Counted from the stretch's first letter, positions 50,221-63,768 are shown. The stretch: 64,000 nucleotides of DNA from Escherichia coli (GCF_003334305.1 NZ_QOWS01000009.1), one strand, 5' to 3'. Program-made: numbers and translations. The notes: generated from the letters alone by a model not told the origin.

Positions 50221-51882
50221 ATGAGTGATATAGCATTAACGGTCAGTATTCTGGCTTTGGTGGCAGTCGTCGGTTTGTTTATCGGCAACGTCAAATTTCG
50301 CGGCATAGGATTAGGTATTGGCGGCGTGCTGTTTGGTGGGATCATCGTCGGCCATTTTGTTTCTCAGGCGGGGATGACATTAAGTAGCGATATGCTGCAT
50401 GTTATTCAGGAATTTGGCCTGATCCTGTTCGTTTATACTATCGGGATTCAGGTAGGGCCGGGCTTCTTTGCCTCATTGCGCGTCTCCGGATTACGCCTCA
50501 ACCTGTTTGCTGTTCTGATCGTCATCATCGGTGGTCTGGTTACCGCCATCCTGCATAAACTGTTTGATATTCCACTGCCGGTAGTGCTGGGGATTTTCTC
50601 CGGTGCGGTTACCAATACGCCAGCGCTGGGGGCAGGGCAGCAGATTTTGCGCGACCTGGGTACACCAATGGAAATGGTCGATCAGATGGGGATGAGTTAC
50701 GCGATGGCGTATCCATTCGGCATTTGCGGGATTTTGTTCACCATGTGGATGTTGCGGGTTATTTTCCGCGTCAATGTCGAGACAGAAGCTCAGCAGCACG
50801 AGTCTTCACGCACCAATGGCGGCGCGCTGATCAAGACTATCAATATTCGCGTTGAGAACCCTAACCTGCATGATTTAGCCATTAAAGATGTACCGATTCT
50901 CAACGGCGACAAAATTATCTGCTCGCGTCTGAAACGCGAAGAAACCCTAAAAGTTCCTTCGCCAGATACCATTATCCAACTGGGCGATTTGCTGCATCTG
51001 GTGGGGCAGCCAGCGGATTTACATAATGCGCAACTGGTGATTGGTCAGGAGGTCGATACTTCGCTGTCCACGAAAGGCACTGATTTGCGCGTCGAGCGTG
51101 TGGTGGTCACCAATGAAAACGTGCTCGGAAAACGTATTCGCGACCTGCACTTTAAAGAACGCTATGACGTTGTTATCTCGCGCCTGAACCGTGCCGGGGT
51201 CGAACTGGTCGCCAGTGGCGATATCAGCCTGCAGTTCGGCGATATCCTCAATCTGGTGGGGCGTCCGTCCGCAATTGATGCCGTTGCCAATGTGCTGGGG
51301 AATGCGCAGCAAAAACTGCAACAGGTTCAGATGCTGCCAGTGTTTATTGGCATCGGGCTTGGCGTATTGTTAGGTTCTATTCCCGTCTTTGTGCCTGGGT
51401 TCCCGGCCGCGTTGAAACTGGGGCTGGCGGGCGGTCCGCTGATTATGGCGTTGATCCTCGGGCGTATCGGCAGTATCGGCAAGCTGTACTGGTTTATGCC
51501 GCCAAGTGCCAACCTCGCGCTGCGGGAGCTGGGGATCGTGCTGTTCCTCTCGGTCGTTGGTCTGAAATCTGGTGGGGATTTTGTGAATACCCTGGTCAAT
51601 GGCGAAGGGCTAAGCTGGATTGGTTATGGTGCCCTGATCACCGCCGTTCCGCTGATTACTGTTGGCATTCTGGCGCGGATGTTAGCCAAAATGAATTACC
51701 TGACCATGTGCGGGATGCTGGCAGGTTCCATGACCGATCCTCCGGCGCTGGCGTTTGCTAATAATCTTCATCCAACCAGTGGTGCGGCGGCGCTCTCTTA
51801 CGCCACTGTCTATCCGTTAGTGATGTTTCTGCGCATTATCACCCCCCAATTACTGGCGGTGCTCTTCTGGAGTATCGGTTAA
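50221..51882 (+). CDS. yidE: Putative transporter (AAE family with central TrkA-C-like domains)
   Basis: 553 aa from [25 protein letters not shown]; two membrane halves flanking a soluble region. Confidence 0.85.
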
Positions 51883-52595
51883 CTCTTTTCCGGGTGGAGT
51901 CGCCGTAAATGGTACTCCACCTGGTATTCGCTGGCATTTCTGAACATCACTGAATAATTCAAAAACTCCCCGCTCTCGCTATATGACAACGAGGTGATCC
52001 GCAGCAGTGGCGTGTGTTCCGCTACCTTCATTTGCCGCGCCAGCAGTCTATCGGCGAGCACCGGCGTCAGGCTTTCATAATTACCGCCAATCAAAATCCC
52101 GCACTCTTGTCCAATATATTCAAACTTCGACCCTTCCAGATGTTGCAGCGAAAGATTACGGAACAGTTTAACCGGCATATAGCTGTCTTCCAGCATCAGC
52201 GGTTTCCCTTCCACAAAACGAACGCGACGGGAGAAGTAGATCTGCTCGTTGATTTGAATCCGTAACTGGCTGGCAATGGCCGGAGGCGCAGGCATGATTT
52301 CAAAAATCAGCACCTGGCTGGTGACCGTTTTTCCCTGCCGTTTTAACACCTCCACCAGTCCGGTCAGGCTGGCGGTTTGATGCAGCACATCTTTGCGCAC
52401 CAGGTAAGTGCCGCTGCCGTGGCGGCGGACCACCAGCCCCCACGCTACCAGCAGGTCAATCGCTTTACGGATGGTCATCCGGGATACTGCAAATTCTTCC
52501 GCCAACTTTTTTTCACCGGGAAGAAGGCTGTTTAGCGTGAAATCCGCGGAATTAAGTCGAATTCTTAACCGCTCCGCAATGCTTTTGTAGATCAT
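51879..52595 (-). CDS. yidP: GntR-family transcriptional regulator
   Basis: Start set at [49 protein letters not shown] (wHTH); 238 aa; the supplied ORF extends further upstream. Confidence 0.8.
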
Positions 52596-52890
52596 CTCTA
52601 GATCTCTTTTTTGCCTGCAAGCCCGGGTAATGCGCCCACAAGTTCTGCTTAATCGATTGAAAAAACATCTTTTTTTTAAAGATGTGTTCGATGCTGTGTA
52701 CCAGTGCTCACAGATGTCTACTTTTTCGCGAAAACGTAGATCTCTACCGCCCAACGAAAAGCATGAAAGCGATCACGAATCCCATTGGGTCGTCATGTTC
52801 TGCCGATCGCATCTTCCTATCCTCGCTCCAGGCCTGCCGCATAACCAATCAGGCTTCCTACTTACAGAATTGAGAAAAGAGGATGTGGAA

Positions 52891-56211
<3,321 letters not shown>

Positions 56212-56377
56212 TTTAATATCCCTCCGGCGAATTATGCTCACAACCTGAACTTAACAGAAAACAATCCGTTCAGGGATACGACGTTTGTATTTTAAGAATC
56301 TGACTGCCTGACCCGACGCATTTTACCTCTCCCTATATTCATGCGTCCGGGACATAAACATAAATAAGGGCTATGAG

Positions 56378-58093
56378 ATGAATTCGTTACAAATCTTGAG
56401 TTTTGTCGGTTTTACGCTGCTGGTGGCGGTGATCACCTGGTGGAAGGTCCGCAAAACAGATACCGGATCGCAACAAGGCTATTTTCTTGCCGGACGTTCA
56501 CTAAAAGCGCCGGTTATTGCCGCTTCGTTAATGCTAACCAACCTTTCCACGGAACAACTGGTCGGCCTTTCCGGGCAGGCCTACAAAAGCGGCATGTCGG
56601 TGATGGGCTGGGAAGTGACTTCAGCGGTGACGCTGATCTTCCTCGCGCTAATCTTTTTACCGCGCTATCTGAAGCGCGGCATTGCCACCATCCCCGATTT
56701 TCTGGAGGAACGTTATGATAAAACGACGCGTATTATCATCGACTTCTGCTTCCTCATTGCCACCGGCGTCTGCTTTCTGCCGATTGTTCTCTACTCCGGC
56801 GCGTTGGCGCTCAACAGCCTGTTTCACGTCGGGGAATCGCTACAGATTTCTCACGGTGCGGCTATCTGGCTACTGGTAATTTTGCTTGGTCTGGCGGGAA
56901 TTTTGTATGCGGTGATCGGCGGACTGCGCGCAATGGCAGTGGCGGACTCCATCAACGGTATTGGGCTGGTTATCGGCGGGTTGATGGTGCCGGTATTTGG
57001 CCTGATCGCGATGGGCAAGGGCAGCTTTATGCAGGGCATTGAGCAACTCACCACCGTTCACGCCGAGAAATTAAACTCAATCGGTGGCCCGACCGATCCC
57101 TTGCCGATTGGCGCGGCATTTACCGGTTTGATTCTGGTGAACACCTTTTACTGGTGTACAAATCAGGGCATCGTGCAACGCACGCTGGCGTCAAAAAGCC
57201 TGGCGGAAGGGCAAAAGGGGGCGCTGTTAACGGCGGTGCTGAAAATGCTCGACCCGCTGGTACTGGTGCTGCCAGGGTTGATTGCGTTTCATCTGTATCA
57301 GGATTTACCGAAAGCCGACATGGCCTACCCGACGCTGGTCAATAACGTTCTGCCAGTGCCAATGGTGGGTTTCTTCGGCGCGGTGTTATTTGGTGCGGTG
57401 ATCAGTACCTTCAACGGCTTTCTGAATAGCGCCAGTACGTTATTCAGTATGGGTATTTACCGTCGCATCATTAACCAGAATGCCGAGCCGCAGCAACTGG
57501 TCACCGTCGGGCGCAAATTTGGTTTCTTTATCGCTATCGTTTCGGTGCTGGTCGCGCCGTGGATCGCCAACGCGCCGCAGGGGCTGTATAGCTGGATGAA
57601 ACAGCTCAACGGCATTTACAACGTGCCGCTGGTTACCATCATCATTATGGGCTTTTTCTTCCCGCGCATCCCGGCGCTGGCGGCAAAAGTGGCGATGGGG
57701 ATTGGCATAATCAGCTACATCACCATCAACTATCTGGTGAAGTTCGACTTCCATTTCCTCTATGTGCTGGCCTGTACGTTCTGCATCAACGTGGTCGTGA
57801 TGCTGGTGATCGGTTTTATCAAACCGCGCGCCACGCCGTTCACCTTCAAAGATGCGTTTGCGGTGGACATGAAACCGTGGAGAAACGTCAAGATCGCGTC
57901 AATTGGCATCCTGTTCGCGATGATTGGCGTCTATGCCGGGCTGGCTGAATTCGGCGGCTACGGTACGCGCTGGTTAGCGATGATCAGTTATTTCATTGCC
58001 GCCGTAGTGATTGTCTACCTGATTTTTGACAGCTGGCGGCATCGTCACGACCCAGCCGTAACCTTTACTCCCGACGCGAAGGATAGCCTATGA
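56378..58093 (+). CDS. yidK: Sodium:solute symporter (SSS family)
   Basis: 571-aa polytopic membrane protein; cotranscribed with the sulfatase gene yidJ. Confidence 0.85.
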   Translation: MNSLQILSFVGFTLLVAVITWWKVRKTDTGSQQGYFLAGRSLKAPVIAASLMLTNLSTEQLVGLSGQAYKSGMSVMGWEVTSAVTLIFLALIFLPRYLKRGIATIPDFLEERYDKTTRIIIDFCFLIATGVCFLPIVLYSGALALNSLFHVGESLQISHGAAIWLLVILLGLAGILYAVIGGLRAMAVADSINGIGLVIGGLMVPVFGLIAMGKGSFMQGIEQLTTVHAEKLNSIGGPTDPLPIGAAFTGLILVNTFYWCTNQGIVQRTLASKSLAEGQKGALLTAVLKMLDPLVLVLPGLIAFHLYQDLPKADMAYPTLVNNVLPVPMVGFFGAVLFGAVISTFNGFLNSASTLFSMGIYRRIINQNAEPQQLVTVGRKFGFFIAIVSVLVAPWIANAPQGLYSWMKQLNGIYNVPLVTIIIMGFFFPRIPALAAKVAMGIGIISYITINYLVKFDFHFLYVLACTFCINVVVMLVIGFIKPRATPFTFKDAFAVDMKPWRNVKIASIGILFAMIGVYAGLAEFGGYGTRWLAMISYFIAAVVIVYLIFDSWRHRHDPAVTFTPDAKDSL

Positions 58094-59583
58094 AACGCCC
58101 CAATTTTCTGTTCATCATGACCGATACCCAGGCCACCAATATGGTCGGTTGCTATAGCGGTAAACCGCTGAATACGCAAAATATTGATAGTCTGGCGGCG
58201 GAAGGTATTCGCTTTAATTCCGCCTACACCTGTTCACCGGTTTGTACGCCTGCACGCGCCGGACTATTTACCGGTATCTACGCTAACCAGTCCGGCCCGT
58301 GGACCAACAACGTCGCGCCAGGCAAAAACATCTCCACTATGGGGCGCTACTTTAAGGATGCCGGCTATCACACCTGTTACATCGGCAAATGGCATCTCGA
58401 CGGTCATGACTATTTCGGCACTGGCGAGTGTCCGCCGGAGTGGGACGCTGATTACTGGTTCGATGGGGCGAACTACCTTAGCGAACTGACGGAAAAAGAG
58501 ATCAGCCTGTGGCGCAATGGCCTAAACAGTGTTGAGGATTTACAGGCGAACCATATCGACGAAACCTTCACCTGGGCGCACCGCATCAGCAATCGGGCGG
58601 TAGATTTTCTGCAACAGCCCGCGCGCGCCGAGGAACCCTTCCTGATGGTGGTTTCGTATGATGAGCCGCATCACCCGTTCACCTGTCCGGTGGAGTATTT
58701 AGAGAAATACGCTGATTTTTACTACGATCTGGGCGAGAAAGCTCAGGATGACCTGGCGAACAAACCGGAACATCACCGCTTATGGGCGCAGGCGATGCCA
58801 TCGCCAGTCGGTGATGACGGGCTTTATCACCATCCGCTCTATTTTGCCTGTAATGACTTTGTTGATGACCAAATCGGACGGGTCATCAATGCCTTAACGC
58901 CAGAGCAACGTGAAAATACGTGGGTCATTTATACTTCCGATCACGGCGAAATGATGGGCGCACATAAGCTGATCAGTAAAGGAGCGGCGATGTATGACGA
59001 CATCACCCGTATTCCGCTGATCATCCGTTCGCCGCAAGGGGAGCGGCGACAGGTCGATACGCCAGTCAGTCATATCGATTTACTGCCGACAATGATGGCG
59101 CTGGCAGATATTGAAAAACCAGAGATTCTGCCGGGGGAAAATATCCTTGCCGTGAAAGAGCCACGCGGTGTAATGGTGGAATTTAACCGCTACGAGATTG
59201 AGCATGACAGCTTTGGCGGTTTTATTCCGGTGCGTTGCTGGGTGACGGATGACTTTAAACTGGTACTCAACCTCTTCACCAGTGATGAACTTTACGATCG
59301 CCGTAATGACCCAAATGAAATGCATAACCTGATCGATGATATCCGTTTTGCAGACGTTCGCAGCAAAATGCATGACGCCTTATTGGATTACATGGACAAA
59401 ATTCGCGATCCGTTCCGCAGTTACCAATGGAGCCTGCGTCCGTGGCGTAAAGATGCACTGCCGCGCTGGATGGGGGCATTTCGTCCACGCCCACAAGATG
59501 GCTATTCGCCGGTGGTACGTGACTATGACACCGGCCTACCGACGCAAGGAGTGAAAGTGGAAGAGAAAAAACAGAAGTTCTGA
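58090..59583 (+). CDS. yidJ: Cys-type sulfatase
   Basis: 497 aa; sulfatase signature with formylglycine motif C-T-P-A-R (SAYTCSPVCTPARAGLFTG). Confidence 0.9.
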   Translation: MKRPNFLFIMTDTQATNMVGCYSGKPLNTQNIDSLAAEGIRFNSAYTCSPVCTPARAGLFTGIYANQSGPWTNNVAPGKNISTMGRYFKDAGYHTCYIGKWHLDGHDYFGTGECPPEWDADYWFDGANYLSELTEKEISLWRNGLNSVEDLQANHIDETFTWAHRISNRAVDFLQQPARAEEPFLMVVSYDEPHHPFTCPVEYLEKYADFYYDLGEKAQDDLANKPEHHRLWAQAMPSPVGDDGLYHHPLYFACNDFVDDQIGRVINALTPEQRENTWVIYTSDHGEMMGAHKLISKGAAMYDDITRIPLIIRSPQGERRQVDTPVSHIDLLPTMMALADIEKPEILPGENILAVKEPRGVMVEFNRYEIEHDSFGGFIPVRCWVTDDFKLVLNLFTSDELYDRRNDPNEMHNLIDDIRFADVRSKMHDALLDYMDKIRDPFRSYQWSLRPWRKDALPRWMGAFRPRPQDGYSPVVRDYDTGLPTQGVKVEEKKQKF

Positions 59584-59629
59584 CGATAATGCCCGCTGAT
59601 GAACACCCGGCGGGCATTATTCAGGCTGC

Positions 59630-60079
59630 TTAAACCAGTGAACCGCCGGTCAGGAAGGAAAAAATCAGGAATATCAGCAAAATGCTGCACACGATGCCGA
59701 TACCAAAAAGCAAGGTATGGAAAGCCAGCGTCCCGCCGCCAAAAACCAGCGCGCCGCGAATGCCCCAGCGATTTTCCTTACGCATACCGCCAATAAATGC
59801 GCAAAGTAGCGCAGCAATGGCCAGTGCGATACCGCTTTGATCGAGGATTTTATCGACATCTACGTCCTCTTTTTTCTCCACGGTGGTAATTTTTTCGCCT
59901 TTTATTCCGGCGAGAAGACCTCTTTTAATTTCAGCCGTTTTGTCCGCCACGATGCTTTCAAACGTTGGCGGTGGTGCGGAAAAAGGGCCGAATGAAAAGT
60001 GGATAATCCCCATCATTAAAGCGATGGCACCGAACAGCATGCCCAATGAACTGATTTTATTTTGAGCTATGATACCCAT
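59630..60079 (-). CDS. yidI: Inner membrane protein
   Basis: 149-aa hydrophobic ORF in the conserved position. Confidence 0.8.
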   Translation of the reverse strand: MGIIAQNKISSLGMLFGAIALMMGIIHFSFGPFSAPPPTFESIVADKTAEIKRGLLAGIKGEKITTVEKKEDVDVDKILDQSGIALAIAALLCAFIGGMRKENRWGIRGALVFGGGTLAFHTLLFGIGIVCSILLIFLIFSFLTGGSLV

Positions 60080-60188
60080 CTGACCTCCTTGTAGCGGATG
60101 GCGAAAGCATATCAGGAAACGGGCGGACGAAATTCTTAAAAAAAAACCGCTAAAGGTAGAGCGTTAGTGAAATTGCAAAGGAGCAACA

Positions 60189-60536
60189 ATGAAAATTTCC
60201 CGCCTTGGAGAAGCGCCCGATTACCGCTTCTCGCTGGCTAATGAGCGTACTTTTCTGGCGTGGATCCGTACCGCACTAGGATTTCTGGCGGCGGGGGTTG
60301 GGCTTGATCAACTTGCGCCAGATTTCGCCACGCCCGTCATTCGTGAACTGCTGGCGTTGTTGTTGTGTCTGTTTTCCGGCGGGTTAGCGATGTATGGCTA
60401 CCTGCGCTGGTTACGCAATGAAAAAGCGATGCGTCTGAAAGAGGACCTGCCCTACACCAACAGCTTATTAATCATTAGCTTAATATTGATGGTCGTGGCG
60501 GTGATCGTTATGGGACTGGTGTTGTATGCCGGATAG
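60189..60536 (+). CDS. yidH: DUF202-family inner membrane protein
   Basis: 115 aa, three predicted TM segments. Confidence 0.8.
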   Translation: MKISRLGEAPDYRFSLANERTFLAWIRTALGFLAAGVGLDQLAPDFATPVIRELLALLLCLFSGGLAMYGYLRWLRNEKAMRLKEDLPYTNSLLIISLILMVVAVIVMGLVLYAG

Positions 60537-60888
60537 CCGCAAAGCCAGACGCATTGCCGACCCAGGACTGCAGCCGGAGCGCACATCACTGGCGTGGTTT
60601 CGTACCATGCTGGGCTACGGCGCGTTGATGGCGTTGGCTATCAAACACAACTGGCACCAGGCGGGCATGTTATTCTGGATTTCGATTGGCATTCTCGCCA
60701 TCGTGGCGCTGATCCTCTGGCACTACACCCGTAATCGCAATTTAATGGATGTCACGAATAGCGATTTTTCCCAATTTCACGTAGTCCGTGACAAATTTTT
60801 GATCTCCCTCGCGGTGTTATCTCTCGCAATACTGTTTGCTGTAACGCATATACATCAACTTATCGTATTTATTGAGAGAGTCGCATGA
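60526..60888 (+). CDS. yidG: Inner membrane protein
   Basis: 120 aa; overlaps yidH and yidF ends (translational coupling). Confidence 0.8.
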   Translation: MPDSRKARRIADPGLQPERTSLAWFRTMLGYGALMALAIKHNWHQAGMLFWISIGILAIVALILWHYTRNRNLMDVTNSDFSQFHVVRDKFLISLAVLSLAILFAVTHIHQLIVFIERVA

Positions 60889-61382
60889 CAGGAAGTCAGG
60901 TCATTGATGCTGAAGAGGACAGGCATAAACTGGTTGTAGAGTACAAGGATGCTCTGCAACCTGCCGATTTTTATCACAATTTCAAACAGTGGGGCATCCG
61001 CTCCGTACAGCTCATTCCCTATCTTGAATTTGATGACCGGGGCGATCTGACGGCCGCTTCGGTGACAGCAGAGCTGTGGGGGAAATTTTTAATTGCCCTG
61101 TTCGAGTGTTGGGTGCGGGCAGATATCAGTCGTATCTCGATTGAGCTTTTTGACGCCACCTTACAAAAATGGTGTGGCAGCGAAAACCCGCAACCGCGCC
61201 GTGACTGCCAGGCGTGCGACTGGCATCGCCTGTGCCCGCACGCTCGCCAGGAGACGCCAGACAGCGTGCTTTGTGCGGGCTATCAGGCGTTTTATTCTTA
61301 CTCCGCACCGCATATGCGGGTGATGCGTGATCTGATAAAGCAGCATCGTTCTCCCATGGAGCTGATGACGATGCTGCGGTGA
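60885..61382 (+). CDS. yidF: Cys-rich protein resembling the C-terminal half of an anaerobic sulfatase-maturating enzyme
   Basis: 165 aa; Cys cluster WCGSENPQPRRDCQACDWHRLCP; no CxxxCxxC radical-SAM motif in the ORF. Confidence 0.78.
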   Translation: MTGSQVIDAEEDRHKLVVEYKDALQPADFYHNFKQWGIRSVQLIPYLEFDDRGDLTAASVTAELWGKFLIALFECWVRADISRISIELFDATLQKWCGSENPQPRRDCQACDWHRLCPHARQETPDSVLCAGYQAFYSYSAPHMRVMRDLIKQHRSPMELMTMLR

Positions 61383-61389
61383 CGTGCGC

Positions 61390-62574
61390 TTAAACGGGCT
61401 GCCCCTGATGCGACATCCGCGTCGCCAGCGGCAGCCAGCACAGCACGATCAACAATCCCATTAAGGTCATCAACAACCCCAGGCTGCCCTGACCGGTTTG
61501 CGGCAACATCGCAGAGAGCGACGCCAGCACGCCGGAACCAATGTTTTGCAGACCGCCGACCAGCGCGCCAGCCGTGCCCGCCAGGAAGGGGAACGGCTCC
61601 ATCGCGCCGCTGGTCGCCAGCGGAAACAGCATCCCGGCACCGAAAAAGAACAGCGCGGCGGGAACGAGCAGCGTCCAGACATTCATCACGCCAAACCAGT
61701 CGGGGATCCACATCAGCAAGCCAGCCAGCAGGCAGCAGATAACCGACTGCCACATTAACGTGGAGAAGCGTTTATTGGGACGTCCGGCAAACCATGCGCC
61801 AAAAAACGCTGCCGGAATCGGCAGAATAAACAAAATACTGACCGTCATACTGCTCAGCCCTAACACCGCGCCCATCAGCACGCCGGAGCAGGCTTCAAAG
61901 GCGGCAATCCCGGCCAGACCGCCAATCAGCATCAGCAAATAACAGTTAAAACCGCTGTTACCGAAAAGCGTTTTATAACTGGTAAGCAGGCGCGTGCGCG
62001 GTGCATCGACCGGACGCGTTTCCGGCATCCAGCGGGCCATACTGAAGGTCACACCAGCACAAAGAACCAACAAAAAGAGATAACAGGCGCGCCAGTTCCA
62101 CATCGTATCCAGCAGACCGCCGATTAGCGGTGCGAGCAACGGACTGACGAGAATCCCCATGTTTAACAGGCTGTTAGCATGGCGCAACTGTGTCCGTTCA
62201 TATAAATCTCGCGGCAAAGTACGCGCCATTACGCCGCCAACGCCGGTGCCCATCCCCTGCATCGCGCTGGCGGCAATCAACACCGTCAAACTGGAGGTCG
62301 TGACCGCGACCAGCGTTGCCAGCATAAAAATGGACATTCCGACGAGGATCACCGGTCGGCGGCCCACGCGGTCGGAAATCGGGCCATAAAACAGCTGTGA
62401 GACACCGTAAGTCAGCAGATAAGCGCCCATTACGCTCTGCACCGCCCCTTCACGGACGTTGAGATCGCGCGCCATATCGGCAATAGCTGGAATATAAATG
62501 GTTTGCGCCATCTGACCGACGGCCACGAGTAATACCAACATCAATAACAAATTGACGTTTCTTTGCCTTTTCAT
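61390..62574 (-). CDS. emrD: MFS multidrug efflux transporter
   Basis: 394 aa from MKRQRNVNLLLMLVLLVAVGQMAQTIYIPAIADMARDLNV. Confidence 0.93.
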   Translation of the reverse strand: MKRQRNVNLLLMLVLLVAVGQMAQTIYIPAIADMARDLNVREGAVQSVMGAYLLTYGVSQLFYGPISDRVGRRPVILVGMSIFMLATLVAVTTSSLTVLIAASAMQGMGTGVGGVMARTLPRDLYERTQLRHANSLLNMGILVSPLLAPLIGGLLDTMWNWRACYLFLLVLCAGVTFSMARWMPETRPVDAPRTRLLTSYKTLFGNSGFNCYLLMLIGGLAGIAAFEACSGVLMGAVLGLSSMTVSILFILPIPAAFFGAWFAGRPNKRFSTLMWQSVICCLLAGLLMWIPDWFGVMNVWTLLVPAALFFFGAGMLFPLATSGAMEPFPFLAGTAGALVGGLQNIGSGVLASLSAMLPQTGQGSLGLLMTLMGLLIVLCWLPLATRMSHQGQPV

Positions 62575-62762
62575 TATCACGGATGCTTTTATAAAAATAA
62601 TTAGAATAAGTCACTACGCATTCCCATAAATGCGGGAGAGGAATCTATCACATTGATGAATGTTAGCCAGATATACGCCAGGAATGGGGAATTGTTTAGC
62701 GGCAGAATATGTAAACAAAAGCGGCAATAAATGTTGCCGGGAGGGATTACGTGCGAACTGTA

Positions 62763-62860
62763 ACCCTCTCCCCAAAGGGGCGAGGGGGAAACCACCGTTC
62801 CCTTTCAGAAAATGAGCTAAACATTGCACGGGACGGTCCCCTCGCCCCTTTGGGGAGAGG
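62763..62860. repeat. Perfect 24-bp inverted repeat (ccctctccccaaaggggcgagggg) with 50-bp spacer
   Basis: Arm 62763-62786 is exactly the reverse complement of 62837-62860; each arm is itself near-palindromic; the right arm continues into a G-tract run ggggagagggctagggtgagggg. Confidence 0.85.
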
Positions 62861-62944
62861 GCTAGGGTGAGGGGCACAGGCAGCGCAGGTGCAAACATTC
62901 TGCTGGTAGAAGAAGCCCCCAACTCCAACCCGCACGCTAAATAT

Positions 62945-62975
62945 AAAAGGGGAGCGGTTACCCGCTCCCCTTTGG
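62945..62975 (-). terminator. Probable terminator downstream of tisB
   Basis: aaaggggagcggttacccgctccccttt hairpin immediately 3' of tisB on the minus strand, followed by ttttat on that strand. Confidence 0.6.
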
Positions 62976-62992
62976 TGCGACTTGAATCTGAA

Positions 62993-63082
62993 TTACTTCA
63001 GGTATTTCAGAACAGCATCAAGCAGTTGCAGTGCTGCAACAATGAGTTTGAGGATAAGAATGGCGATATCCACCAGGCTCAT
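62993..63082 (-). CDS. tisB: Type I toxin TisB (small hydrophobic membrane peptide)
   Basis: Reverse-strand 29-codon ORF MSLVDIAILILKLIVAALQLLDAVLKYLK, which matches the remembered TisB peptide apart from residue 2. Confidence 0.9.
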   Translation of the reverse strand: MSLVDIAILILKLIVAALQLLDAVLKYLK

Positions 63083-63316
63083 ACGCGTCTCCTGTGGTTC
63101 AGGAGCACTGCCAGCTGACGTACCTTTCCGCTGCCTGTTGCCAGCTGTTGTGCACGCGGTATCTTAAGGAGAAACGTTGTGCTTGTTGACATAACACAGT
63201 GTGCTCACGCGGGGTTAAGGCGCTGACGGCACCACCCGTTTCAGCCAGGACTTAGTGCGCCGGGTAACGATGCGGCCCCCGCATAACACATTGCGTACAG
63301 TGATATTATAGAAGTT

Positions 63317-63336
63317 TACTGTATAAATAAACAGTA
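63317..63336. promoter_or_regulatory. LexA box (SOS operator)
   Basis: tactgtataaataaacagta fits the CTGT-N8-ACAG LexA consensus; placed to control the leftward tisAB transcript and the longer rightward istR-2 transcript. Confidence 0.85.
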
Positions 63337-63442
63337 ATATTTGGACAAAACGCAAACTGTGATCGATACTCAACTATGCCCTAAATACGTCAAAATTCGT
63401 GCCGAAATTGCGCGTTCTGCGCGGAACACGTATACTTTCAGT

Positions 63443-63518
63443 GTTGACATAATACAGTGTGCTTTGCGGTTACCAGCCGCAGGCGGCTGATGAAACCTCG
63501 CTCCGGCGGGGTTTTTTG
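63443..63518 (+). ncRNA. istR: Antitoxin sRNA IstR-1 (boundaries approximate)
   Basis: gttgacataatacagtgtgctttgcggttaccagccgcaggcggctgatgaaacctcgctccggcggggttttttgtt matches the remembered IstR-1 sequence; a TATACT -10-like hexamer lies at 63431-63436; ends in a hairpin plus U-run. Confidence 0.75.
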
Positions 63519-63646
63519 TTACCTGCAATTCAGTACAAAACGTGATCAGCCCCTCAATTTTCCCTTGCTGAAAAATTTTCCATTGTCTCCCCTGTAAAGC
63601 TGTGCTTGTATAAATATTGTTAAACACAAAACCAACAAGGTCCCCA

Positions 63647-63745
63647 ATGACTACTTCCATGTTCAACGCAAAACTACTACCAACTGCGCTATCCGCCGCA
63701 GTGGTCGTCGTGCGTGTGGTGGTGGTCGTCGGCAATGCGCCGTAG
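63647..63745 (+). CDS. ivbL: ilvB operon leader peptide
   Basis: 32-codon ORF MTTSMFNAKLLPTALSAAVVVVRVVVVVGNAP, rich in Val and Leu, followed by an attenuator hairpin. Confidence 0.9.
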   Translation: MTTSMFNAKLLPTALSAAVVVVRVVVVVGNAP

Positions 63746-63768
63746 GGACTGGAACAACACACGATTCC

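Noticed and set aside
52630-52890. Long N-terminal extension (87 codons) of the glvBC ORF starting at 52630.
   Set aside because: The extension overlaps the divergent yidP upstream region and lacks an RBS; ATG 52891 has a strong SD and begins the hydrophobic EIIC N-terminus.
62614-62928. 104-aa and 62- to 64-aa ORFs overlapping the GC-rich inverted repeat between emrD and tisB.
   Set aside because: The reading frames arise from the palindromic repeat itself (Pro/Gly/Arg-rich); better explained as a structural DNA or RNA element.
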